A stretch of 64,000 bases of DNA from Alphaproteobacteria bacterium (lineage in GTDB: Bacteria; Pseudomonadota; Alphaproteobacteria; Bin95): assembly GCA_964291285.2 (NCBI GenBank), contig OZ219787.1, forward strand, positions 1,824,001 to 1,888,000, given 5' to 3'. Within the stretch, counting starts at the first letter, position 1, and every line of letters starts with the position of its first letter. A model generated the notes under the pieces. That model was not told the DNA's origin. It ran no database searches and saw nothing but the letters and a program-made list of their open reading frames with translations. Below, one piece after another: positions 44,243-53,904 of this stretch. A program made the position numbers and the translations under genes.

Positions 44243-46684
44243 CTAGGTACCGCCGCCTGACTTCTGTTCCGCAGACAGATATGCAGCGATGCGGGCGGCC
44301 GCCGCCTCCGCCTTCGAAACGACCTCCTCGAAATCCCTGGCGTCGCAGGCCCGGGCCACGGTGGCTTTGACCGTGTCCTCCCAATGCGCCTCGCCGGCCT
44401 GTCCGCCGTTCGCCAGCGACAGGACACACTCCAGGCCCAGCAGGAAACCCGCTGCCTCGGCAAGTTCCTCCGCCGTTTCGGATTCGAGGATTCCGTGTTC
44501 TCCGGCCTTCTTCAGGACAGCCGCCGGGCCGTCCCCGCCTGCCATATCCGGATGGCTCCCACCATATTGCAGACGCAACCCGAGCGCGGCCCGTTCGAGA
44601 TCGCCCAGACCGCCCGGGCCTTCCAGGATCGCAAGGAGCAACCGCTCACCTTCCTCGTCCGGGACGGGGTGAAGAATATCGTCGGCCGACGGGCCCTGCC
44701 GGAGGAGGATCGACCGTCTGGCTTCCTCGAACCGTTCGGCGAACTCGCCGGGGCGGTCGCCGACCACGCACACGACTCTGGCCGACGCCGCATCCCGCAG
44801 AAAATCCGCATCCGGCTTCCCCGCGCCGTCCGCAAAACGCTCCAGCGCCCCGGTAACATTGTGGTTCCCGCTGCCCGGGGGCCGCATATGGACGGACCTG
44901 ACCAGCATGTTGTTGGCCGACCACTGCGCCGCGACCTTGTTGAACCTCCTGCAGAACTCGCCGGCATGGTCTTCCAGGACGAATCCGTTGCCTTCGATCT
45001 CCGATCCGCCATCCGCCAGAGCGATGATCTCGACTTCCGATTCGAAGGTCATCCGGCGTTCGCCGAGCCTGCCGAGAGCCACAAAGGCGATGCCGTCGCA
45101 GGCAACCGGGCCTCGATGAACAACGAATTCGTCGAGAACGGCCCGCGCCAGCAGAGTTATCGCCGCGTCGGCCATGTTGGAAAGCGGCCGGCCGGCGTCC
45201 TGCCCCAGAACGTGCCCCCGCATCATCCTTACGCCGATCTGGAAGGCCTGGTCGTTGCACCATATTTGTGCATTTTCGGCGACTTCCTCGGCCATATCCG
45301 TTTCCGAGAGGTCCATATCTTCAATCATTTCGCCGTAGCCGAACTCATGGCCGTAATGGAGCCGCAGCAACCCCCTCTGGGCAAAGAGCAACTCGTCAGG
45401 CTCCATGTCTATATTGTCGGGAACGGTGATCTGCTGAAATTGCCGGCCGGTAACGCTGTCGATCAGCGGATAACAGACCTCCATATATCGTGCCAGACAT
45501 GGCGCGCCTTGCATAATCTCCGAAATCAAGGGGAGCGACCCAGGCCGGTGGCGGTAGGCTTCGCTGGAAAGCGCCCGCCAATCCTTGACATCGGGATAGA
45601 ATTTGCGCCGCCATTCTTCGACAAGCGGGTTCATTTTCCGAAACCAGGCCGATGGAAAGAGAAGCAGGGTCATCATCGAACCGTAGTGCGACGGAAGGCT
45701 CGGAGCCTTGTCCTCGGGAAGGCCGTGAAGCAATGGGTACGGCCTGGTCGGCTTGTCGTGATGATCCGAGTGCCGCTGTATGGAGAAATACAGATAGTTC
45801 GAAGCACTGGAATGATTCCAGGAATGATGCGGCTGGATCCGTTCGTACTTGCCGTTCGGCCTCAGGACACGCTGCAAACCGTAATGTTGCATATAATCGA
45901 CGGCTCTGATCCCCCAGGCTGCGAACAAGGCAATAAACGCCCAGGCGGCGAGCCCCAGCCATCCTCCGATAGCAAGCGCCAGGGCGGGCCAGGCGGCCCA
46001 CATGGCGGCCCATAGCCAGACCGGATTCGACTTGTGCCAGAACGACAGACCGCGGCGGGCCAACCGGCGATGCTGGACACGAATCGCCTCCGCATAGACA
46101 TAGGGAAGTCCGGTAAAGAAGTAATTGTAATAGCTTTGCCCAAGTCGCGCGGACTCCCTGTCCCGCGGCGTTGCGACATTCGGATGATGCATATAAACAT
46201 GTTCCGTGTACATGTGCGGCATGGCGATTGCGCCCATCGTGAATTCCGCCAGCCGCCGCATCCATAGTTTCGGCCTGTGGATCAGGTCATGCGACGTTAT
46301 GGTTACGAGTCTGCCGAGCATTCCGCAAAATACGAGCAGAACAAGGCGTTCGTAGAGCAGCAGGGTCGGTAAGTTGCATACGGCCCAAAGTATGAAGATC
46401 ACCAACAGAGGATAAAGTACTGCCCATAAAACGAGAATGGCCATATGCCAGAATACCCGGGACTCCGGCGTGTTGCGATCCAGGTTCGGGACATCGTTCT
46501 TGCATAATGTTTCCACAATTTTGATATAGGGAATAAGCGGCAAGATAATCCATGGAACGACCCATGGAATGAAGTCGGGCAGCAAGTCCAGCGCCATGGC
46601 TATAACCAAAGGCACAAGCAGCAGCGTGATTGAAAACGGAAGCGCGCCTCTCAGGCCGGTCCCGGCTGTGCGGGACCGGTTCAT
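44243..46684 (-). CDS. AlkB-type membrane di-iron monooxygenase fused to a degenerate GlnE-like adenylyltransferase domain (813 aa)
   Basis: TM helices plus His boxes HDLIH, EHVYMHH, DYMQHYG, IQRHSDHH; C-half FQIGVRMMRG...AGRPLSNMADA, ALGRLGERRMTFESEVEI, MRPPGSG, GGLGDLE; ATG at 46684 overlaps the upstream stop (ATGA). Confidence 0.8.
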   Translation of the reverse strand: MNRSRTAGTGLRGALPFSITLLLVPLVIAMALDLLPDFIPWVVPWIILPLIPYIKIVETLCKNDVPNLDRNTPESRVFWHMAILVLWAVLYPLLVIFILWAVCNLPTLLLYERLVLLVFCGMLGRLVTITSHDLIHRPKLWMRRLAEFTMGAIAMPHMYTEHVYMHHPNVATPRDRESARLGQSYYNYFFTGLPYVYAEAIRVQHRRLARRGLSFWHKSNPVWLWAAMWAAWPALALAIGGWLGLAAWAFIALFAAWGIRAVDYMQHYGLQRVLRPNGKYERIQPHHSWNHSSASNYLYFSIQRHSDHHDKPTRPYPLLHGLPEDKAPSLPSHYGSMMTLLLFPSAWFRKMNPLVEEWRRKFYPDVKDWRALSSEAYRHRPGSLPLISEIMQGAPCLARYMEVCYPLIDSVTGRQFQQITVPDNIDMEPDELLFAQRGLLRLHYGHEFGYGEMIEDMDLSETDMAEEVAENAQIWCNDQAFQIGVRMMRGHVLGQDAGRPLSNMADAAITLLARAVLDEFVVHRGPVACDGIAFVALGRLGERRMTFESEVEIIALADGGSEIEGNGFVLEDHAGEFCRRFNKVAAQWSANNMLVRSVHMRPPGSGNHNVTGALERFADGAGKPDADFLRDAASARVVCVVGDRPGEFAERFEEARRSILLRQGPSADDILHPVPDEEGERLLLAILEGPGGLGDLERAALGLRLQYGGSHPDMAGGDGPAAVLKKAGEHGILESETAEELAEAAGFLLGLECVLSLANGGQAGEAHWEDTVKATVARACDARDFEEVVSKAEAAAARIAAYLSAEQKSGGGT

Positions 46685-47727
46685 GATTCCCTGAGATCGT
46701 AACCGAGGCGTTCGAGGCTTGACCGGCAGGATTCGGTCAAGGCGGCGCGCTCGGCGGGAATGAGGTCTCCCAGCTTCGAGGGTGTCGGGCGGGGGATCCG
46801 CGCCGCCTCCTTCACCCATTCCGGATCTTCGAGAGACGGATCGAGAAACCGCGCGAGGCGCGCAATCTCCTTCTCCGGTTCGCTCTGCATGTCCTCGAAC
46901 CGCACACGCAGCACCTTTTCCGGCGGAAGCGTGTCGAGAAACCGGTCCGCCAAGTCGACTATGTCCGACCAGAATTTCCCGAATTCGGCAAGCGTGAATT
47001 CCCGGTCTCTGGTTCTGCTGAACAGAAAGACGACATACACGAGAAGCTGGGTGCGCAGCATCGCCCAGTCCCGGAACGCATGTCCCGAGACCCCTGTCAT
47101 CGGTTTCAGCGCATCCACGCCATACTCCCTCATGGTCACAATGTAGCGCATGGCTTCGCGGAACACGGGGTGCTTCTTCATCGACATGGCGGTATCGCGC
47201 CCGTCGCGGTAGAGATGGATGAACTTCGCCTCGGGAAACATTTGCGCCAGTCTGGGCGCATACATCCCGGCCCCGCCCGAGCGCTCCACCCAGACCTTTC
47301 GGTCGAACTTCCCGCGCAACCACGCGAACATCGCCCGGTAATGATCGGCCGCATATTGGCGCGGCTGCGAGCGGATCACCGGCTCGAGCTCGTCGAGAAG
47401 GTCGTCGGGCCGGTCGGTGATATGCGGAAGCGTGACCCACGAAATGGGGGGTATCTCCGCGCCGGCATAGCGGCCGCGCGGGGTGCCGACCGGGTACAAG
47501 AGCGCTTCGGAGTGGCTGCCGAGTTGCCGGCGCTGCGCCCTCGTCTGCCTGCTGACGATGCTCCACATCTCGTTGCCGGTCAGGCGCCGGAAGTGAAACA
47601 GGGCGCGACCCTGCAAGATAAACAACTCGGATATGCTGAGAATGTCCGGATGCGAGTTCAGGACGTCGGACAGCATGGTCGAACCGCAGCGTCCGGAACT
47701 GACGACGATTGCTGGAGAGATGTCCAT
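46681..47727 (-). CDS. PAPS-dependent sulfotransferase (paralog of 32251-33297)
   Basis: SSGRCGSTML, KVWVERSGG, YRDGRDTAMS, LERLGY; 348 aa from the ATG at 47727. Confidence 0.9.
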   Translation of the reverse strand: MDISPAIVVSSGRCGSTMLSDVLNSHPDILSISELFILQGRALFHFRRLTGNEMWSIVSRQTRAQRRQLGSHSEALLYPVGTPRGRYAGAEIPPISWVTLPHITDRPDDLLDELEPVIRSQPRQYAADHYRAMFAWLRGKFDRKVWVERSGGAGMYAPRLAQMFPEAKFIHLYRDGRDTAMSMKKHPVFREAMRYIVTMREYGVDALKPMTGVSGHAFRDWAMLRTQLLVYVVFLFSRTRDREFTLAEFGKFWSDIVDLADRFLDTLPPEKVLRVRFEDMQSEPEKEIARLARFLDPSLEDPEWVKEAARIPRPTPSKLGDLIPAERAALTESCRSSLERLGYDLRES

Positions 47728-47869
47728 GGCCTGCCTCAATTTTACCCTCAAGCGGGCTCCGACCCGACCAATACCCCTTTGGACTCGGGGAATCGCCCGC
47801 AACGGCTAGAACAATCAGCTATACTTCGTATAGTAGTTGGCAATACTCATCAAGTCCTTTGTTTTCGAG

Positions 47870-48005
47870 GGTGAGGGGGCTTGTCGCATTGGCGCTGATG
47901 GCCGCCCGGAGGACGCCGGATCGGGGACCGCTGGAGAATGGCCAGCGCATCGTGCTGACGCGCGTCCCGGAGATCGCTCCCGGCGTCGAGGCCCGGGCGC
48001 CGTGA
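47870..48005 (+). pseudogene. C-terminal remnant of an RND adaptor gene
   Basis: GPLENGQRIVLTRVPEIAPGVEARAP* resembles an MFP C-terminus; its stop overlaps the RND GTG start. Confidence 0.5.
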
Positions 48006-51000
48006 TCGCGTTGTTCGCCCGCCACCCGACGGCGGCGAACTTGCTGATGGCGGCCATGCTGGTGGTCGGGCTGCTGGCGCTCGGGCGGATGAACAAGCAG
48101 TTCTTCCCGGATTTCGGCATCGATGCGGTCGTCGTCTCCGTGGCCTGGCCCGGCGCCGGCGCGGAGGACGTGGACAACACCATCGTCCAGGCGCTCGATC
48201 CCGAGATCCGCTTCCTCGACCGCGTGAAGCGGGTGATCTCCAACTCCCAGGAGGGTCTCGCGAACATTCGGATCGTTTTCGAGGCCGGGACCGACATGCA
48301 GGCGGCGCTGGCGGACGTGGATGCCGCCGTGTCGCGCGTCGCGACCCTGCCCGAGGACAGCGAGGCGCCCTGGATCCGGCGCGTGGTGCGCTACGAGAAC
48401 CTCTTGCGCATCGTGCTTTCCGGGGACCTGCCGGAGCGCACGATCAAGACCTGGGCGCTCCGCATGCGCGACGGGCTGATCCGCGCTGGCGTCGACGAGG
48501 TGGAGACGGTCGGCGCGCGCGACGAGTGGATCCTGGTCGAGGCGGACCAGCGCGACCTGCTGGCGCTCGACCTGCCGATCTCGGAAATCTCCAGCCGGAT
48601 TGCCGGCGCCTCGCGCGACATTCCGGGCGGCGACACGGGCGGGCGCACGGTCTCGCGCGTGCGTTCGCTCGGGCTTGCGCGCACGGCCGAGGAGGTCGCT
48701 GCGGTCGAGGCGCGTGCGTTTCCGGACGGGCGCAGGCTGACGCTGGGCGAGGTCGCGGAGGTCACGGAAGCGTGGAACGAGGACCAGCCGCGGGTCTGGT
48801 TCGACGGCCGCCCGGCGGTGGAACTCGTCGTCAAGCGGGCCACGACGGCGGATGCGCTCGAAACCGCCAAAGCCGCGGCGCGGTTCCTGGACGAGTTCGT
48901 GCCCACCTTGCCGCCAGGCGTTACGGTACACCGCTATGACGAGTCCGCGGAACTGATCGACCAGCGCATCGACCTTCTGGTGCACAACGGCATCGGCGGG
49001 CTGGTCATCGTGCTGATCGTGCTGTTCCTCTTCCTGAACGCCCGCACGGCGCTGTGGGTGGCCGCCGGCATACCCGCGGCCTTGCTCGCCGCGATGGCGC
49101 TCGCCTGGGGCCTCGGGCATTCCGTCAACATGATCATCCTGTTCGGGACGATCCTCGCCATCGGCCTCGTGGTGGACGACGCCATCGTGGTGGCCGAACA
49201 TGCCGAGACGCGCGCGCGCCGGGGCGACGATCCGCTGCAGGCGGCCATGGAGGGCGCGCGGCGCATGGCGGGGCCGGTGTTCTCGTCGAGCCTGACCACC
49301 ATCGCCGCCTTCCTGCCGCTGGTGCTGATCGGCGGCGTGATGGGGCAGATCATCCGGGAGATCCCGATCATCGTCGTGCTGGCGCTGGCGGCCAGCCTCG
49401 TCGAGTGCTTCCTGGTGCTGCCCGGCCATCTGCGCCATTCGCTGGCCGCAACCGCAGCCGCCGCGGAAGGCCGGGCTTCCCGCTTCCGCCGGAGGTTCGA
49501 CGAAGGCTTCCGCCGGTTCCGCGAAGGGCCGTTCCGGCGCACGGTCGCGCGCGCGCTCGACCACCGCTACCTGGTGCTGGCGCTGGCGGTCGGCTTCTTC
49601 CTCGTCAGCCTCGGCATTGCGGCCAGCGGGCGCATCGGCTTCACCTTTTTCCCGTCGGTCGAGCCGAACAACATCTTCGCGAACCTCCGCATGGTTCCGG
49701 GCACGACCGGCGAGGAAACGCTGGAACGCCTGATGCAGATCGAGCGGGGCGCCCGCGCCACGGCCGAGGACTTCGGCGAGCCCGGCCTGGTGCATACCTC
49801 ACTGGTCGTCCAGGGCATACAGCGCAACCAGGCCCTGTCCGGACTCCACCGGCGCGACGACACGGTGGGCGCCGTGGTCGTGCAGCTCGTCGATTCCGAC
49901 AAGCGCGACGTGCGCACCGAAGCCTTCGTGCAGGCATGGCGGGACCGCAACGGGCCGGTCGTCGGGGCCGATGCTCTGACCATCCGCGCCGCGACCGGCG
50001 GGCCGCCCGGACGCGAGATCGACGTGCGCCTGTCCGGCGACAGCCTCGACGACCTCAAGGCGGCGGCCGGGCGCGTGAAGGCCCTTCTGGCCTCATATCC
50101 GGGCGTGAGCGCCATCGGCGACAACCTCGCCTACGGCAACCGGGAAATGCAGCTTCGGGTGACGCCGGCGGGCCGGGCGATGGGCTTCGACATCTCGCGG
50201 GCGGGCAGCCAGCTTCGCAGCGCACTCCAGGGCGACACGGCGCTCCGCTTCGCCAGGGGCGATGAGGAGGTGGAGGTCAGGGTCCGGCAGACGGAGAACC
50301 CGGGCGGTCTCGGCGCGCTCTACCTGTTCGGCCCGAACGGGACCGAGGTGCCGCTGAGCGCCGTGGTGACCGTGACGCCCTCCAGCGGCTATGACGTGAT
50401 CCGCCGCGAGCGGGGCCGGCGCGAGGTCTCGGTGACGGCGGAGGTGGACGAGACCGTCACCACCAACAACGTGGTGCTCTCCGCGCTCCGGCGGGACGGC
50501 CTGGCGGAGATCGCCGGGGATGCGGGCCTCGAATGGCGTTTCGCGGGCAAGGCGGAGGAGCAGGCCGAGACCTTTGCCGACATGGGCGTCGGCGGGGCGA
50601 TCGGGCTGGCCGGCATGTTCCTGGTGCTTGCCTGGATCTTCGGCAGCTACAGCCGCCCGCTGGCGGTGCTGGCGGTGGTGCCGCTCGGCTTCATCGGCGT
50701 CTCGCTCGGCCATTTCTTCACCGGCTTCGACCTCACCATCCTGTCGATGATCGGCATGATCGGGCTCTCCGGCATCGTCATCAACGATTCGATCGTGCTC
50801 ATCGTGGCGATCACGGACCACGAGCAGGAAGGCAAGCCGCCGCTGCAGGCCATAGAGGACGGGGCCTGCGACCGCCTGCGTGCGGTGATCCTGACCTCGC
50901 TCACCACCATCAGCGGCCTGCTGCCGCTCTGTTTCGAGACCAGCCTGCAGGCGCAGTTCCTGATCCCGGTGGCGCTCACCATCGTGGCCGGCCTGGCTAC

Positions 51001-51079
51001 CGCAACCCTGCTCATCCTGTTCGTCGTGCCGGCCATGCTGGCCGTCGGACACGACCTGAGGCGCCTGAAGATGAACTGA
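48002..51079 (+). CDS. RND efflux permease (AcrB/AcrD/AcrF family)
   Basis: HPTAANLLM, GLVVDDAIVVAE, GIVINDSIVL, RLRAVILTSLTT. Confidence 0.95.
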   Translation: MIALFARHPTAANLLMAAMLVVGLLALGRMNKQFFPDFGIDAVVVSVAWPGAGAEDVDNTIVQALDPEIRFLDRVKRVISNSQEGLANIRIVFEAGTDMQAALADVDAAVSRVATLPEDSEAPWIRRVVRYENLLRIVLSGDLPERTIKTWALRMRDGLIRAGVDEVETVGARDEWILVEADQRDLLALDLPISEISSRIAGASRDIPGGDTGGRTVSRVRSLGLARTAEEVAAVEARAFPDGRRLTLGEVAEVTEAWNEDQPRVWFDGRPAVELVVKRATTADALETAKAAARFLDEFVPTLPPGVTVHRYDESAELIDQRIDLLVHNGIGGLVIVLIVLFLFLNARTALWVAAGIPAALLAAMALAWGLGHSVNMIILFGTILAIGLVVDDAIVVAEHAETRARRGDDPLQAAMEGARRMAGPVFSSSLTTIAAFLPLVLIGGVMGQIIREIPIIVVLALAASLVECFLVLPGHLRHSLAATAAAAEGRASRFRRRFDEGFRRFREGPFRRTVARALDHRYLVLALAVGFFLVSLGIAASGRIGFTFFPSVEPNNIFANLRMVPGTTGEETLERLMQIERGARATAEDFGEPGLVHTSLVVQGIQRNQALSGLHRRDDTVGAVVVQLVDSDKRDVRTEAFVQAWRDRNGPVVGADALTIRAATGGPPGREIDVRLSGDSLDDLKAAAGRVKALLASYPGVSAIGDNLAYGNREMQLRVTPAGRAMGFDISRAGSQLRSALQGDTALRFARGDEEVEVRVRQTENPGGLGALYLFGPNGTEVPLSAVVTVTPSSGYDVIRRERGRREVSVTAEVDETVTTNNVVLSALRRDGLAEIAGDAGLEWRFAGKAEEQAETFADMGVGGAIGLAGMFLVLAWIFGSYSRPLAVLAVVPLGFIGVSLGHFFTGFDLTILSMIGMIGLSGIVINDSIVLIVAITDHEQEGKPPLQAIEDGACDRLRAVILTSLTTISGLLPLCFETSLQAQFLIPVALTIVAGLATATLLILFVVPAMLAVGHDLRRLKMN

Positions 51080-51090
51080 ACCTACTGCCA

Positions 51091-51952
51091 CTAGTCACCT
51101 GGCACTGAAGTAGAGTTCATTGTAGGATGGTCTTTCGGGTCGGACAAAGGAGGTCATCTCGATGGGGCGCGGTACGGGACAGCCGCTGGCGGCCTTGGTC
51201 TTGAGCGATGAGGAACGGTCGTTTCTGGAAGCGCAGGTTCGGCGTCACCGTGTGGCGCGCTCGCTGTCGGATCGCTGCCGCATGATCCTGCGTTGCGCTG
51301 ACGGGCTGGGCAACAAGGCGGTAGCCGCAGAACTCGGCATGCACGAGCACACCGTCGGCAAGTGGCGCAGGCGTTTCGTCAAGAACCGCATCGAGGGGCT
51401 TTCGGACGAGCCCCGTCCGGGGCGCCCGCGGAGCATCGCGGACGAGAAAGTGGCGGAAGTGATCGAGCGCACGCTCACCTCGACGCCTGCGGACGCGACC
51501 CACTGGTCGCTGCGCTCGATGGCGAAGGAGGCGGGGCTGTCACACACGTCGATCTGGCGCCTCTGGGGCGCCTTCGGCCTGCAGCCGCACCGGGCTGAGA
51601 CGTTCAAGCTGTCGGCCGATCCGCACTTCGTGGACAAGGTCCGCGACATTGTCGGCCTCTACCTCTCGCCGCCGGACCGCGCGCTGGTGCTCTGCGTCGA
51701 CGAAAAGAGCCGGATCCAGGCCCTCGACCGCACCCAGCCGGTCCTGCCGATGCTGCCCGGCATCCCTGAGCGGCGCACCCACGATTACAAGCGCAACGGC
51801 ACGACCTCGCTGTTCGCGGCGCTCGACATCGCCACCGGTGCGGTGATCGCCAAGTGCTATCGCCGCCACCGGGCCAGGGAGTTCCTCGACTTCCTTTGTC
51901 CGACCCGAAAGACCATCCTACAATGAACTCTACTTCAGTGCCATGTGACTAG
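51091..51952 (+). mobile_element. Truncated IS630 element bounded by two copies of its left end; transposase fragment 51162-51926
   Basis: 61-bp inverted repeat (1 mismatch) starting CTAG; [35 protein letters not shown]; the last DDE residues are missing. Confidence 0.85.
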
Positions 51953-52016
51953 CTTTTAGGAGTTTGCGTTTTCGATTCACACTCCCGTTTCCGTTTCTGT
52001 TGAGTTGGGGTGTGAG

Positions 52017-52468
52017 ATGGAGGAGTTTTTGTCAGTATTCGAAGGAGTTACGGATCCGCGTCGCAGCAATGCGACGCGCCACTCTCTGCACGAGATGCTT
52101 ATGATCGCGCTGCTCTCGACCTTGTGCGGCGGGGAGGGATGCGCGGACATGGAGCGTTTCGGTCGGGCGAAGGAAGGGTTTCTGCGCCGTTTCATGGAGT
52201 TGAAGCACGGCATCCCGAGCCACGATGCGTTTTCGGACCTGTTCAACGCCCTCGATCCCGACAGCCTGCAGAAAGTGCTGCTGCGGCTTCTGGAGGACTG
52301 GGCGGCGGTTCTGGACGGCGATGTGATCGCGATTGACGGCAAGTCGCTGCGGCGTTCCTTCGCCGATGCCGCGGCGCGCTCGCCGGTGCATCTGGTGCAG
52401 GCCTTCGCCGCCGGGACCCGCCTGATGCTCGGCCAGGTGAAGGTCGATGACAAGTCCAACGAGATTGC
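52017..52468 (+). pseudogene. ISAs1-family transposase 5' fragment
   Basis: DPRR..TRHSL, GIPSHDAF, IAIDGKSLR, KSNEI; cut by IS copy 4. Confidence 0.9.
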
Positions 52469-53904
52469 GAGAAATTTGCGCTGTGGGGTTTTTCCGGTCG
52501 GATGGGACGTTGGGTCCGGGTGTTGATGTTGTTTGTTCCGGCGTTCGAGGCGGTCGCCGCGGTTGCTTTTCGAACTTGAGCGGCCCAGCCCGGCAGCATC
52601 GCCGGCCTTCGGTCGCGTTTGTCCGTATGCCGGGGTCCGGCGGGTTGGGTCAGCGTTGTCGGCAGTCGGCTGAGGGGTCAGCCGGTATCGAGGTATGGCG
52701 CCGGGCCGACCAGGGAGCGCATGCGTGCGACGCGTCCGGCGCGGGCCTGTGCAAGCGCCATGGCCATCATGACCGCCAGGGCCAGCCCGATGCGGGTCTT
52801 CATCTTCGCGCGTCCGCGGATGTAATGGGTCTCGAAGTTGAAGCTGCGGTCGAGGCGGGCGTTGATCCGCTCCATGGCGGTGCGCCGGTTGTATCCGCGC
52901 CGCCATGACGGGCTGCCCCAGGGCGTGGGCGTGAAGATACGCCGGTCATGGCTGTCGAGGTCGACGCGCAGGATGCGGCCGTATTCGCCGGACTTCACCC
53001 CACCCGCCCGATGGCAGGCCCGGCGTCCCTTGCACTCGAAGCCGAAGGCGGCTGCGGGGCAGCGGTATTTGAGCGTGCCGCAGACGCCGCGCCCGACCTC
53101 GAACCCCTGGAAGGCCATGGCGCGGACCTCGCCGGTCTGCGGGCACACGCAGGACACCCGGCCGCGTTCGTCATGAACGATGACGTCGGCGCGCCCGGGG
53201 AACAGCGGTCGCGTGATCGGCCGGGCCGGGTCATGGCCCGGCTCCTTCTTCTCGACCCGCCACATCAGGCGCGTGTCGATCAGCGGGCGGATATGCCACC
53301 TGTCCCACAACCGCGCCTTCAGGCGGGCGTTGTCGAGACCGCGGTCGGCGCTGAAATCGGCGCAGCGCCCGGCCATCTCCGGCGCCTCGGCGAACAACTC
53401 CTCCAGCATCCCGGACAGCACCCCGGGTTCCGATGCCGACGCCCGCGTCACCTCGAAGGCCACAGGAACCTCGTGGTCCGTGTCGGCGATCAGGTGCAGC
53501 CCGTAGCCGAACCACGACTTCACCTTCTTCCACACCGCGCCGGTCTTCGCGTTCACCCCGCCCGTCTCGTGCCTGCCCCAGTCCGCATCGGGGTCCGAGG
53601 TCTGCCCCCTGGCCCCGGCAACCCGGCCCGTCGAGTGGCTCGCCACCGCCTTGCCGTCGTAGCCGAGATGGCGACCGAAGTCCGGCAACTCCTCGAACAG
53701 CGAGGCGCGCAGACGCCCGATCATCCCCGACACAAGGCCGCGCTCGTCCTCAAGGCGCACCACGCGCCCCAGGAACCGCGAGAAGTTCCAGGCGCCCGGC
53801 ACCGTCGAGCGCAACGGCGCCGGACGCCTCACCGCGCGCCCTGCGCAAAGCGCCACCACCGGCGCACCCTGCAAGGGCAGCGCCTCGAACCCGCAAATCT
53901 CAAG

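Noticed and set aside
46685-47566. N-terminal extension giving a 1107-aa AlkB ORF
   Set aside because: It overlaps the sulfotransferase in another frame; the ATGA-coupled start at 46684 fits better.
47820-47850. loxP-like site (ACTTCGTATAG)
   Set aside because: Only part of one arm matches; there is no inverted second arm after an 8-bp spacer.
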